Assembly (NCBI GenBank): GCA_963828735.1
Contig: CAWHFW010000005.1
Coordinates: 128,001-192,000 of the forward strand
From: an uncultured Gemmatimonadales bacterium
Lineage (GTDB): Bacteria; Gemmatimonadota; Gemmatimonadetes; Gemmatimonadales; GWC2-71-9
DNA length: 64,000 bases
Direction: 5' to 3'
Below the pieces are notes generated by a model that did no database searches, was not told where the DNA came from, and saw nothing but the letters and a program-made list of their open reading frames with translations. A program made the translations under genes and the position numbers. Of the stretch, positions 35,086 through 47,385 are shown piece by piece. Each line of letters starts with the position of its first letter. Within the stretch, counting starts at the first letter, position 1.

Positions 35086-35816
35086 CAGCCGGCGGCGCGC
35101 GGAGCGATCGGCCGGATCTCCCCGGTGGGCGCGGAGGGACCGGACACCGCGAGCGCCAAGACGCCGTTCGTCAGGTCGTCCATCTCGACGTACGCCGCGC
35201 CTTCCCCCGCGGAGGCGACGTTGTCGCCGGTCCGGGCCATGCCGGGGGCGACGGCGTTGACGCGGATCTGCCGATCGGCCAGCTCGAGGGCCAGGCTGCG
35301 CGTGAAGCCCGCGACCGCCGCCTTGGCGGCGGAGTAGACGGCCATCGGGCTCTGCGGATCGAAGTAGGCGATGGACGCGAAGTTGATGATGCAGCCGCGC
35401 GTGGCGGTCAGCGCGGGTATGGCGGCCTGGGACACGAGCACCGCGGTCTTGAGATTGATCGCCAGCTCGCGGTCGAGGTCCTGCGCCGTGAGCTGCTCGA
35501 TCGGTCCGTAGGTGGTGAGCCCGCCCGCGACGTTCACCACCACGTCCAGCCGGCCGAAATGGCGGAGGGCGATCTCGACGGCGAGGGCCGCGAGGTCAGG
35601 CTGAGTCAGGTCGCCGGCGCAGGGCCTGGCGTCGACGCCAAGCGCCGCGAACTCGCGGACCCGCTCGGCCACGCCCACGGCATTGACGTCGCACGCCACG
35701 ATCCGGGCGCCAGCATGGCCGAACGCCAGCGCCACCGCGTTGCCGATCTGCCCCGGCCGGCCCACGCCGGTCACGAGCGCCACCTTGCCGCTGAAGTCGA
35801 ACGCCGGTGCCGTCAT
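35085..35816 (-). CDS. SDR family oxidoreductase
   Basis: TGVGRPGQIG, YSAAK, VNAVAPG. Confidence 0.88.
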   Translation of the reverse strand: MTAPAFDFSGKVALVTGVGRPGQIGNAVALAFGHAGARIVACDVNAVGVAERVREFAALGVDARPCAGDLTQPDLAALAVEIALRHFGRLDVVVNVAGGLTTYGPIEQLTAQDLDRELAINLKTAVLVSQAAIPALTATRGCIINFASIAYFDPQSPMAVYSAAKAAVAGFTRSLALELADRQIRVNAVAPGMARTGDNVASAGEGAAYVEMDDLTNGVLALAVSGPSAPTGEIRPIAPRAAG

Positions 35817-35819
35817 GTC

Positions 35820-36257
35820 TCACCTCAGTGCTGCGAGCACGATCTCCGCGCCGGGGGCACCCGCCTGGCTGTAGGCCACCCTCCCGTCCTCGTCGATCAC
35901 GACCACCGAGCGCGCGATGGACGCTCCATCGGGCCGGAGCGCGCCGTAGGCCCCGGCGATGGCGAGCCCAGGATCCGACAGGAGCGGAAACGGCAACCGG
36001 AGCCGAGCGGCGTAGCCCGCGTGACTCTCCGGGGACGCGGGGTTCACGCCGAAGGGATGAACCCGCTTGTGCTCGTAGAGGGGCAGGTCGTCGCGCACGG
36101 CGGACAGTTGCCGATTTCAGCCGGGCGTGTCGTTGCCCGGATAGAACGCCAGCAGCACCCGGTGACGGGCGAGCAGGTCGTGCAGCACGTATGTCCGCCC
36201 GTCCGACGCCTGCGCGGAGAATGCCGGCGCGATGGTGCCCACCGCGACGAGGCTCAC
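35820..36257 (-). CDS. Peroxiredoxin (AhpC/TSA, BCP-like) with in-frame TGA at the peroxidatic site; probable selenoprotein
   Basis: Continuous frame VSLVAVGTIAPAFS..LAFYPGNDTPG[TGA 36119-36117]NRQLSAVRD..FPLLSD..AYG..RSVVVIDEDG. Confidence 0.85.
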
Positions 36258-37105
36258 GAGACGACCGGTGCGGCGCGCCCGGCCCGCAGCTCTTCCAGGC
36301 GCTCCAGCCACTCGAGCGGCACGTCCTGCGACCCCAATGCGCCGTGGGTCTCGCCCGGCTCGGGATCGCCGTGCCAGTCGCTGCCGCCGGTGCGGAGGAG
36401 GCCGAGCTTCAGGGCGATGCCGGTGAGGCGCGACCGGAGATCGGCGTCGTGACTGGGATGCCGGACCTCGACCGCATCGAGACCCTCGCGCTTGAGCCGC
36501 TCGAGAAACGCCCGGGTGCCGCGCTCCTTGGGATGGGCGAGCGACACCATGCCGCGAACCGAGTGCACCACGTCGGCCACGTCGCGGAACCCGGGCAGGA
36601 TCTTGTCCACGAAGGCCGGGCGGCCGCGGCCGATGTAGCGGTCGAACGCGTCGGAGATGTCGATGGCGCTGCCCTGGCTGACGATCGCTCGGGCGACGTG
36701 GGGCCGGCCCACCGCCCCGCCCTTCGACTGGAGCAGCACGTCGTCGAACTCGAGATGCACGCCCAGATGCTGCAGGCGGCTCACCATCTCGCGGCCGCGC
36801 CGCACCCGGTCGGCGCGGCGCCGCTCCAGAAACGCCTCGAGCTCAAGGGATTCGGACGGCAGGAAGTAGCCGAGCACGTGCATCTCGCCCCAGGGCGCGG
36901 CGCAGCTGAACTCGCAGCCACCGACCACGCGGAGCCCCACGCGGTCGCCGGCAGCGGTGGCCGCGGCCACGCCCGCGACGGTATCGTGATCGGTGAGGGC
37001 CATGGCCGAAAGGCCCGCCGCGTGCGCCCGCCCCACCACGGCTTCCGGCGGAAGGCTTCCGTCGGACGCCGTGGAGTGCACGTGGAGATCGACCACGCCG
37101 GCCAC
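36254..37105 (-). CDS. PHP domain phosphoesterase (TrpH/YciV-like)
   Basis: DLHVHSTASDG, TDHD, GRPH, AHP, GGSDWHG. Confidence 0.92.
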   Translation of the reverse strand: MAGVVDLHVHSTASDGSLPPEAVVGRAHAAGLSAMALTDHDTVAGVAAATAAGDRVGLRVVGGCEFSCAAPWGEMHVLGYFLPSESLELEAFLERRRADRVRRGREMVSRLQHLGVHLEFDDVLLQSKGGAVGRPHVARAIVSQGSAIDISDAFDRYIGRGRPAFVDKILPGFRDVADVVHSVRGMVSLAHPKERGTRAFLERLKREGLDAVEVRHPSHDADLRSRLTGIALKLGLLRTGGSDWHGDPEPGETHGALGSQDVPLEWLERLEELRAGRAAPVVS

Positions 37106-37122
37106 CAGCGCGCCGGTGGCGG

Positions 37123-37389
37123 TCAGCGGCGGTACCCCATCTCGGGCGCGGTCCAGGACGGTTGCGAGTGCGCCAGCAGATCCCTGAGCTCCTGCTCGCT
37201 CAGCTGGCTCAGCGACAGTTCACGACTCTTGGCGCCGAGCGGGGTGTAGCGCACCACGCGCTGCTCCCGGTTCGGGCCGGTGCCTTTGCTGAAGACCAGG
37301 CCGAACTCGTCCTTCGTGTACTGGGTGACCCGACCGCTGACGGCGACCTCCCACGGCTCCCCGTCCACCTCGATGATACGTCTCGGCAT
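37123..37389 (-). CDS. Hypothetical protein
   Basis: MPRRIIEVDG..VTQYTKDEFGLVF; GC3-rich codons; TAATG coupling to upstream gene. Confidence 0.7.
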   Translation of the reverse strand: MPRRIIEVDGEPWEVAVSGRVTQYTKDEFGLVFSKGTGPNREQRVVRYTPLGAKSRELSLSQLSEQELRDLLAHSQPSWTAPEMGYRR

Positions 37390-37691
37390 TACGCGTCGCT
37401 CCTCACTTCTTCCCACAGGTCCCAGGCGCCGGAATCGTAGTCGGCGACGGCGCGGATCGTGGCTTCCAGCCGCCGCTCATCCTCCGGCGGCGCCGCCACC
37501 GCCCGGTGCGTGACCTCGTCGCGGCTCTCGCTGCACTCGAGAAACTGGTCCGCCCGTCCCGCGCGGCGGAATACCCAGAGATGCCGCCCGCGCGCCTCGT
37601 GCAGCGCGGCCAGCGCGCGCACCGCCGCCAGGTATTCGTCCTCCCGCCCCGCACGCACCCTCACCCGCGACACGGTGAGCGTGCGGGGCAC
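37389..37691 (-). CDS. Hypothetical protein (dimeric alpha/beta-barrel-like)
   Basis: In-operon ORF: RVRVRAGREDEY..HLWVFR..FLE. Confidence 0.6.
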   Translation of the reverse strand: MPRTLTVSRVRVRAGREDEYLAAVRALAALHEARGRHLWVFRRAGRADQFLECSESRDEVTHRAVAAPPEDERRLEATIRAVADYDSGAWDLWEEVRSDA

Positions 37692-39113
37692 TCAGACCGC
37701 GCCTTCCGGGAACTCCTGCAGGGAACGCTTGACTTCGGCCATGAACCGGTCGGCGTCGGCCCCGTCCACGATCCGGTGGTCGAAGGCGAGGGACAGCATG
37801 CCCTTGGTCCGGATCGCCAGGGTGTCGCTCCCATCCACGGTGATCACCGCCGGCTGCTTTTCGATTGTACCGACGCAGAGGATGGCCGCCTGGGGCTGGT
37901 TGATGATCGGGGTGCCGATCACCGAGCCGAACACGCCCGGGTTGGTGATGGTGAAGGTGCCTCGCTGTACGTCGTCCGGGCTCAGCTTCTTGGTGCGGGC
38001 GCGCTCGCCGAGGTCGTTGATGGCCCGGGCGATCCCGATCAGGGACAGCTCGTCGGCGTGCTTGATGACGGGGACGATGAGTCCCCAGTCGAGCGCCACG
38101 GCGATGCCGAGGTTGATGTCGCGCCGAAAGACGGTGCTCTCGCCGCTCACGGCGGAATTGACGCTGGGGTGCTTCCGCAGCGAGTCCGCCACGGCCTTCG
38201 CGATGAACGCCAGGTACGTGAGGCTCACGCCGCGATCGGCGTATTCCTTCTTCGCCTTGGCGCGGATCTGGGCCACCCGCGTGTAGTCGATCTCGAAGAT
38301 GGTGTTCACGTGCGGCGACACTCGCCGCGACATCACCATGTGTTCGGCCGTGAGCTTCCGGATCCGCGACCACGGCTCGACCCGGTCGCCGGGCCACGCC
38401 TCGACAGCGGGCGCGGCGGCGGGCACGGATGTGGAGGGCGCTGCGGCCGCGGGCCGGGGCGCGCTCGCCGGCGCGACGGCGGGCGCGGCCGAGGGGGCCG
38501 TGCCCGGGCCTCCTTCGATGTAGCTCAGGATGTCGTTCTTGGTGACCCGGCCGGCGAGACCGGACCCGGGAATGGCGCTCAGATCGAGATTGTGCTCGGC
38601 CGCGATCTTCCGAACGAGCGGCGTCGACTTCCGCCGAAGGCGCTCCTCCGCGCTCTCCACGCCGTTGCCGGCGGCGGCATCGCCCGGCGCACGTCCGGTG
38701 GCCTCGGCGGCCGCCCGTGTCGCCGGCGCGGGAGCGGCCGGCACCGGGGTCGGCCTCGGGGGCGCCGAGGCGGCCGGAGTCGGGGTGGCCGCAGTCGGGG
38801 CGGAGGCCGCGGCAGGCGGAGCTGGTGACGCGCTCGGCGCGGGGGCCGACGGCGTCGTAGCCGGCGCGGCCGCCTCGGTCTCGATCGTCGCGACGACCGT
38901 TTGCACCGCGACGGTCTGTCCCTCGGTCACGAGGATCTCGGACAGCACGCCGGCCACCGGCGAGGGAATCTCCGCGTCCACCTTGTCGGTCGAGATCTCG
39001 AAGATCGGCTCGTCGCGTTTGACGGGCTCGCCCACCTTCTTGATCCAGCGCGAGAGGGTGCCTTCGGCGATGGACTCGCCCATCTGCGGCATGATCACTT
39101 CAATCTTGGCCAT
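37692..39113 (-). CDS. 2-oxoacid dehydrogenase E2, dihydrolipoamide acyltransferase
   Basis: Lipoyl domain EISTDKVD, E3-binding GSGLAGRV, catalytic FDHRIVDG. Confidence 0.93.
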   Translation of the reverse strand: MAKIEVIMPQMGESIAEGTLSRWIKKVGEPVKRDEPIFEISTDKVDAEIPSPVAGVLSEILVTEGQTVAVQTVVATIETEAAAPATTPSAPAPSASPAPPAAASAPTAATPTPAASAPPRPTPVPAAPAPATRAAAEATGRAPGDAAAGNGVESAEERLRRKSTPLVRKIAAEHNLDLSAIPGSGLAGRVTKNDILSYIEGGPGTAPSAAPAVAPASAPRPAAAAPSTSVPAAAPAVEAWPGDRVEPWSRIRKLTAEHMVMSRRVSPHVNTIFEIDYTRVAQIRAKAKKEYADRGVSLTYLAFIAKAVADSLRKHPSVNSAVSGESTVFRRDINLGIAVALDWGLIVPVIKHADELSLIGIARAINDLGERARTKKLSPDDVQRGTFTITNPGVFGSVIGTPIINQPQAAILCVGTIEKQPAVITVDGSDTLAIRTKGMLSLAFDHRIVDGADADRFMAEVKRSLQEFPEGAV

Positions 39114-39126
39114 GGTCGGTCTCCAG

Positions 39127-40104
39127 CTAGTACGCCGCGAGCCAGCGCGCGGCCCGCACGATGTCCGGGGTCTGCGGCAGCACGAAGTCCTCGAGCTGCG
39201 GCGCGTACGGAAGCGGCACGTCGTGCGCGGCCACGCGCCGCACCGGCGCGTCCAGCCACTCGAAGGCCTGCTCGTTGATGCGGGCGGTGATCTCGCCGGC
39301 GATCCCGCCGGTCGCCGTATCCTCGTGGACGATGAGCACGCGATTGGTCTTCTTCACGGTGGCGAGGATCGCCTCGTCATCCATCGGCAGCAACGAGCGC
39401 AGATCGAGGACCTCCACGGAGAGGCCGTCTTCCCGCTCGAGCTGCTCGGCGGCCTCGAGCGCCTTCCACACGGTCGCCGCGTAGGTGATGATGCTGAGGT
39501 CGCGCCCCTCGCGGGCCAGCCTCGCCTTGCCGATGGGCACCACGTGATCGCCCTGGGGCAGCTCTTCCTTGATGCGGCGGTACAGGTACTTGTGCTCGAA
39601 GAACAGCACGCAGTCGTCGTCGCGGATGGCGCTCTTGATCAGGCCCTTGGCGTCGCTCGCCGTCGCGGGATAGACGATCTTGAGCCCGGGCGTGTGCAGG
39701 AAGGCGGCCTCGGGGTTCTGCGAGTGGAACGGTCCGCCGCGCACGTACCCGCCGCTCGGACCGCGCACGACCATGGGGCACGGGAGGAAGGCGCGATAGC
39801 GCGCCGTCGCCACATAATTGGTCAGGATGCTGTACGCGCACGAGACGAAGTCGATGAACTGCATCTCGCACACCGGGCGCATCCCCATGTGCGCCGCCCC
39901 CGCGGCCGCCCCGACGAAGCCGGTCTCGCTGATGGGCGTGTCGACCACCCGCTCGGCGCCGAACCGGTCGAGCAGTCCCTCGGTGACCTTGAACGCGCCG
40001 CCGTACGCGCCGATGTCCTCGCCCAGGCAGAAGACGCTCGGATCCCGCTCCATCTCCTCGAACAGGCCCTGCCGGATCGCCTCGAGAAAGGTCGCCTCAG
40101 CCAT
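39127..40104 (-). CDS. 2-oxoacid dehydrogenase E1 beta subunit
   Basis: GEDIG, DTPISE, EMQFIDF, GPFHSQ, FFEHK. Confidence 0.93.
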   Translation of the reverse strand: MAEATFLEAIRQGLFEEMERDPSVFCLGEDIGAYGGAFKVTEGLLDRFGAERVVDTPISETGFVGAAAGAAHMGMRPVCEMQFIDFVSCAYSILTNYVATARYRAFLPCPMVVRGPSGGYVRGGPFHSQNPEAAFLHTPGLKIVYPATASDAKGLIKSAIRDDDCVLFFEHKYLYRRIKEELPQGDHVVPIGKARLAREGRDLSIITYAATVWKALEAAEQLEREDGLSVEVLDLRSLLPMDDEAILATVKKTNRVLIVHEDTATGGIAGEITARINEQAFEWLDAPVRRVAAHDVPLPYAPQLEDFVLPQTPDIVRAARWLAAY

Positions 40105-41200
40105 CGTGCGTCCCCCAGCTCGCCGGGCGCTCGTGCCGGTCCACGGCGGCCCGGATCCCCGCGCGATACCACAGCGCCGGAGCCTCGGGCGGGTCGGCAT
40201 AGATGCCGACCAGGCAGTCTCGCGGCTCGGGCGGCGGCGACCGCTCGGCGAGGTCGGTCGCGTCGTCGATCTCCGTCTGCACCCGCGCATCGATCGCCGC
40301 CAGCTCCTCGGTGCCGATCGCCTCGGTCGTCGTGAGCCGCTGGGCGTAGCGGTGGAGCGGGTCGTTCTCGCGGGCCCACCGGTCGATCTCGCCGCCGGGA
40401 ACGTACGACTGGTTGTCGTGCTCGGCGTGTCCCTTCCGGCGGTAGGTCATGAGCTCGATCAGCGTGACGCCCTCGCCGCGCCGCGCGCGGGCCACCGCGT
40501 CCCGGGTCACCTGGTAGGCCGCGATCACGTCGTTCCCGTCGGCGCGCACGCCGGGAATGCCGTAGCCCGCCGCTTTGTCGGCCAGCCGCTCGGCGGCGCA
40601 CTGCTTCGACGTGGGCGTGGAGTAGGCGTAGCGATTGTTCTCGATGATGACCACCAGCGGGCAGCGCTGGACCGCGGCCAGGTTGATCCCCTCGTGGAAG
40701 GCGCCGGTGGAGGTGGCGCCGTCGCCCACGTAGACGAGACCGACGCGCGGCTGCTTCCGCATCTTGAAGGAGAGCGTGACTCCGGCCATGACCGGCACCA
40801 TGTCGCCCAGATGGGAGATCTGGCCGATGAAGTTCCGCTCCTCCACGTCGCCGAAATGGATGTTGAGCTCGCGGCCCCGGGTCGGGGAGTCGCCCTTGGC
40901 CATGTACTGCCGCAGCACCTCGAGCGGCGCGGCGCCCTTGACCAGCATCGAGCCGAGGTTCCGGATCAGCGGGGACAGGACGTCCTCGCGTCCCAGCGCG
41001 TACGCGGTCCCGACCGCGCAGGCCTCCTGCCCCAGCGAGCGGAACAGTCCGCCGACGACCTTGGTCTGACGGTAGAGGTTGACCAGCCGCTCTTCGAGCG
41101 ACCGGGTCAGGCGCATCCAATAGTAGAGTTCGAGGAGTTGTTCCCGCGACAACCCCGCCCGGGCGGCCGGATCGGAGGCGAGAGTGCTGGTGACGGCCAT
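40097..41200 (-). CDS. 2-oxoacid dehydrogenase E1 alpha subunit
   Basis: GQEA, TPP motif GDGATS..ENN, TYRRKGHAEHD. Confidence 0.93.
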   Translation of the reverse strand: MAVTSTLASDPAARAGLSREQLLELYYWMRLTRSLEERLVNLYRQTKVVGGLFRSLGQEACAVGTAYALGREDVLSPLIRNLGSMLVKGAAPLEVLRQYMAKGDSPTRGRELNIHFGDVEERNFIGQISHLGDMVPVMAGVTLSFKMRKQPRVGLVYVGDGATSTGAFHEGINLAAVQRCPLVVIIENNRYAYSTPTSKQCAAERLADKAAGYGIPGVRADGNDVIAAYQVTRDAVARARRGEGVTLIELMTYRRKGHAEHDNQSYVPGGEIDRWARENDPLHRYAQRLTTTEAIGTEELAAIDARVQTEIDDATDLAERSPPPEPRDCLVGIYADPPEAPALWYRAGIRAAVDRHERPASWGTHDG

Positions 41201-41365
41201 GCAAGTCCCGGTTGGAGGAGGCGTATTCCGGGCTGGAAAATCCACACCCGCAGGAGGAGAGTCAAGCGAGCGGCGCGCGCTGCCACGGACCGTCCGACTG
41301 CATAGTTATCTGGTCGCCTGCATATGCCGAACGGCCGCGCGAACGCCCGGTGCTCGGAGCCGCCG

Positions 41366-43018
41366 TCAGGCGAGCGACGGGAGGAACTGCGGCGCCTTCC
41401 GGTGGGTGGTGATCTGCTCGAACGCGAACGCCAGCCCGATGAGCACGGGCTCGCTCCAGACCGGGCCGATGAAGGAGAGATTCACCGGCAGGCCCCAGGC
41501 GTACCCCATCGGCACGCTGACGCTGGGGTAGCGCGCGACCGCCGCGGGCGTCGAGCTGGAGCCGGTGAAGTGGTCGCCGTTCACGAGATCGGTCGGCCAG
41601 GCCGGGTTCCCGGTCGGTGCGACCAGCGCGTCGAGGCGATGCTTCGCGATGACCACATCGAGTCCCTGCGCTCGCGCGAGCCGGCCGCACGTGGCCAGCG
41701 CCTTCTTGTAGCCCGCCTCGCTCAAGGGGCCTTTCGCCTCGGCCTGCACGAACAGCTCCTGCCCGAAATACGGCATCTCGCGCTCGCGCTCCCGCTCGTT
41801 GAACGCGATGACGTCGGCCAGCGAGCGCACCGGCGCCTTCGGGCCCAGGGCCGTGAGGTAGGCGTTGAGGTTGGCCTTGAGCTCGTAGAGCAGCACCTCC
41901 AGCTCGGCCGCGTCGTACTCGCCGGCGTGTGGAATGTCGGCCGGGTCGATCACGACCGCCCCTTCCCGTCGAAGAACCTCGATGGCCGCCTCGGCCAGGC
42001 GGTCGGTGACGTCGCTGTACCCGAAGAACTTCGCGCGCGCGACGCCGATGCGCGCGCCGCGCAGACCATCCTTCTTGAGGAACGCCGTGTAGTCCGCCTC
42101 GACGTGCCCGGTGGCGGCCGAGGTGGACGTGTCGCGCGGGTCGGCGCCGGCGAGCGCACTCAGCAGCGCCGCGGCATCGCTCACCGTCCGGCAGAGCGGA
42201 CCGGCCGTATCCTGCGTGTGGGAGATCGGGATGATTCCGGCGCGGCTCACGAGCCCGACGGTGGGCTTGATGCCGACCACGCCGTTGGCGGACGCGGGGC
42301 ATACGATCGAGCCGTCGGTCTCCGTCCCCACCGCCACCGCGCCGAAGTTGGCCGACACCGCCGCCGCCGAGCCGGAGCTCGAGCCGCAGGGATTGCGATC
42401 GAGCACGAACGGGTTGCGGCACTGGCCGCCGCGCGCGCTCCAGCCGCTCGACGATCGGTTGGACCGGATGTTGGCCCACTCGCTCATGTTCGCTTTGGCG
42501 AGGAGGACCGCGCCGGCCGCGCGGAGGCGCTCGGCCACGTGCGAGTCCTGGGTCGCGATCGAGCCCTCGAGGGCGAGGGACCCGGCCGTCGTCGTCATCC
42601 GGTCAGAGGTGTCGATGTTGTCCTTGAGGAGCACCGGAATACCGTGGAGCGGCCCCCGCGGCCCCTTCGCCGCCCGTTCCTCGTCCAGCTGCCTGGCCAG
42701 CTCGATCGCGTCCGGGTTGGTCTCGATGACGGCCTGGACCGACGGTCCGGTCCGGTCCATCGCGGCGATACGGGCGAGATACTGCTCCACGACGCCCCGC
42801 GCCGTGTAGCGACCCGAGGCCATGCCCGCCTGCAACTCGGCGACGGTGACCTCCTCGAGCTCGAACGGCGGCGCCGCCGGAGGTGAGTACGGAGGCGGCG
42901 CCGCCTCGGCGTTCGCGCGCGCGTCGGGTACTCCGATGCCGCCGGCCGCCGCCGCGCCGAGGACGGCCACGTGATTCAGGAACGCACGGCGGGCGAGCGG
43001 CTCGCGCGGATCGGGCAT
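41366..43018 (-). CDS. Amidase-signature family amidase with Tat signal
   Basis: ARRAFL twin-Arg; LKDNID, GSSSGS, GTETDGSI..PAS. Confidence 0.9.
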   Translation of the reverse strand: MPDPREPLARRAFLNHVAVLGAAAAGGIGVPDARANAEAAPPPYSPPAAPPFELEEVTVAELQAGMASGRYTARGVVEQYLARIAAMDRTGPSVQAVIETNPDAIELARQLDEERAAKGPRGPLHGIPVLLKDNIDTSDRMTTTAGSLALEGSIATQDSHVAERLRAAGAVLLAKANMSEWANIRSNRSSSGWSARGGQCRNPFVLDRNPCGSSSGSAAAVSANFGAVAVGTETDGSIVCPASANGVVGIKPTVGLVSRAGIIPISHTQDTAGPLCRTVSDAAALLSALAGADPRDTSTSAATGHVEADYTAFLKKDGLRGARIGVARAKFFGYSDVTDRLAEAAIEVLRREGAVVIDPADIPHAGEYDAAELEVLLYELKANLNAYLTALGPKAPVRSLADVIAFNEREREREMPYFGQELFVQAEAKGPLSEAGYKKALATCGRLARAQGLDVVIAKHRLDALVAPTGNPAWPTDLVNGDHFTGSSSTPAAVARYPSVSVPMGYAWGLPVNLSFIGPVWSEPVLIGLAFAFEQITTHRKAPQFLPSLA

Positions 43019-43159
43019 CGGAGTCTCCTGGTGGGGCCGGCTCACGGGGGTGATGCTCCAAGATACACGTCGCAACGGAACGAAGGGGATGCGCCCGACG
43101 GGCACACCCCCTTCACTCCGTTCACGCTGGCGCCGCGGATAGCGCGGCGCGTCCCGCCG

Positions 43160-45695
<2,536 letters not shown>

Positions 45696-45739
45696 CGGGT
45701 AACGCCTCCTGAGAAAGTGCGGTCGTGCGGGTACGGAAA

Positions 45740-46031
45740 TCAGTAGGCACCGATCGGACGGTGCGTCGGCTCTGCCATCGTGTGCACCACGGTCAGAAAG
45801 CGCTTGGCCAGCTTGTCGGCCTCGCTCTCCCCCACCTGGTTGGTCTCCACCGTCACGAGCAGGTAGTGGCCGCCATCGGCCTGGGCGGTGACGGCCGACC
45901 TGGCCGATGGTGCCGGTGAAGCGCCGGCGCCGGGCCTGCTCCTCGACCGGCGCCAGCCGCGCCCCGAAGAACTCGGTTGCGCGCGCCAGCACGGCGTCGG
46001 TGGAGAGGTGCGTGCGGTGGAAGTATTTCAC
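45740..46031 (-). CDS. Hypothetical protein (one frameshift)
   Basis: MKYFHRTH..GTIGQV / AVTAQADGGHY..ETNQVGESEADKLAKRFL..GAY*. Confidence 0.55.
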
Positions 46032-46051
46032 GGTGCTCCTCGACCCGAGGC

Positions 46052-47382
46052 TCACGCCTCCTGGTAGTACTCGATGCCCAGGTGCGTGATCTGCTCCTCG
46101 CCCATCATGAATCGGAGCGTGTTCTTGAGCTTGGTCTGCTGGATGAAGAGGTCGTGCTCGGGGTACAGCCCGGGCGCCACCTGCGGGCTCTTGAAGTAGA
46201 AGGAGAGCCATTCCTGGATCCCGCTCAGGCCCGCGCGCTGCGCCAGGTCGAAGAACAGGGCCAGGTCGAGCACCAGCGGCGCGGCGAGAATGGAGTCGCG
46301 GCAGAGGAAATCGACCTTGATCTGCATCGGGTAGCCCAGCCACCCGAAGATGTCGATGTTGTCCCAGCCTTCCTTGTTGTCGCCGCGGGGCGGATAGTAG
46401 TTGATCCGCACCTTGTGGTACATCTCGCCGTAGAGCTCCGGGATACAGCTGCGGCTGCAGGATGTACTCGAGCACGCCGAGCTTGCGACTCTTCCTTGGT
46501 CTTGAAGCTCTCGGGATCGTCGAGCACCTCGCCGTCGCGGTTGCCCAGGATGTTGGTGGAGTACCATCCGGACACGCCCAGCATCCGCGCCTTGAACATC
46601 GGCGCGAGGACGGTCTTGATCATGGTCTGGCCGGTCTTGAAGTCCTTGCCGCCGATCGCGACGCCCTTCGACTTGGCCAGCCCTTCCATGGCGGGGAAGT
46701 CGCAGGTGAGGTTGGGCGCGCCATTGGCGAACGGGATGCCCTCCTGGATCGCGGCGTAGGCGTAGAGCATGGACGGGGCGATGGTCGTGTCGTTCGCGTC
46801 CATCGCCTTCTCGAACGCCTCGAGCGTCCAGTGGGCGGGTCCCGGGCTGATGAAGATCTCGGTGGACGCGCACCACACCATGACCAGCCGGTCGCAGCCC
46901 TGCTTGGCCTTGAAGTCGCGGATGTCCTTCCGCAGGGCCTCGGCCAGCTCGCGCTTGGTCTTGCCGGTCTTGACGTTCTTGCCCTCCAGCCGCTTCACGT
47001 AGTTCTGGTCGAACACCGCTGGCATCGGCTTGATGGCCTTGAGGAAGTCGGCGATCGGGTCGAGGTGCTCGTGGCGGTCCAGCACGCCCGCGTGGCGGGC
47101 GGCGGCGTACGCGTCGTCCGGCACCGGGTCCCAGGCGCCGAAGACGAGGTCCTTGAGATCCGCGAGGGGAACGAAGTCGCGGATGAGCGGCGCGCGGCCT
47201 TCGGTCCGCTTGCCGAGCCGGATGGTCCCCATCTGGGTGAGCGATCCGAACGGCTTCGCCGCTCCGCGCCGGATGTTCTCGACGCCGGCGATGAACGTCG
47301 TCGCCACGGCGCCCAGTCCGACGCAGAGCACTCCGAGCTTCCCCTTGGCCGGCGTGATGCGCCGGGCCGTCTGGTCAGGCAC
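46052..47382 (-). CDS. ino1: Inositol-3-phosphate (myo-inositol-1-phosphate) synthase, two frameshifts near 46440-46490
   Basis: VGLGAVATT, GKDFKTGQT, STNILGNRDG, GDNKEGWD, RDSILAAPL, SFYFKSP. Confidence 0.9.
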
Positions 47383-47385
47383 TGG

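Noticed and set aside
38400..38880. Repetitive GC-rich tracts in E2 (and at 58000-58380 in the TonB-like gene)
   Set aside because: They encode normal Ala/Pro or Gly/Pro linkers; not a CRISPR or mobile repeat.
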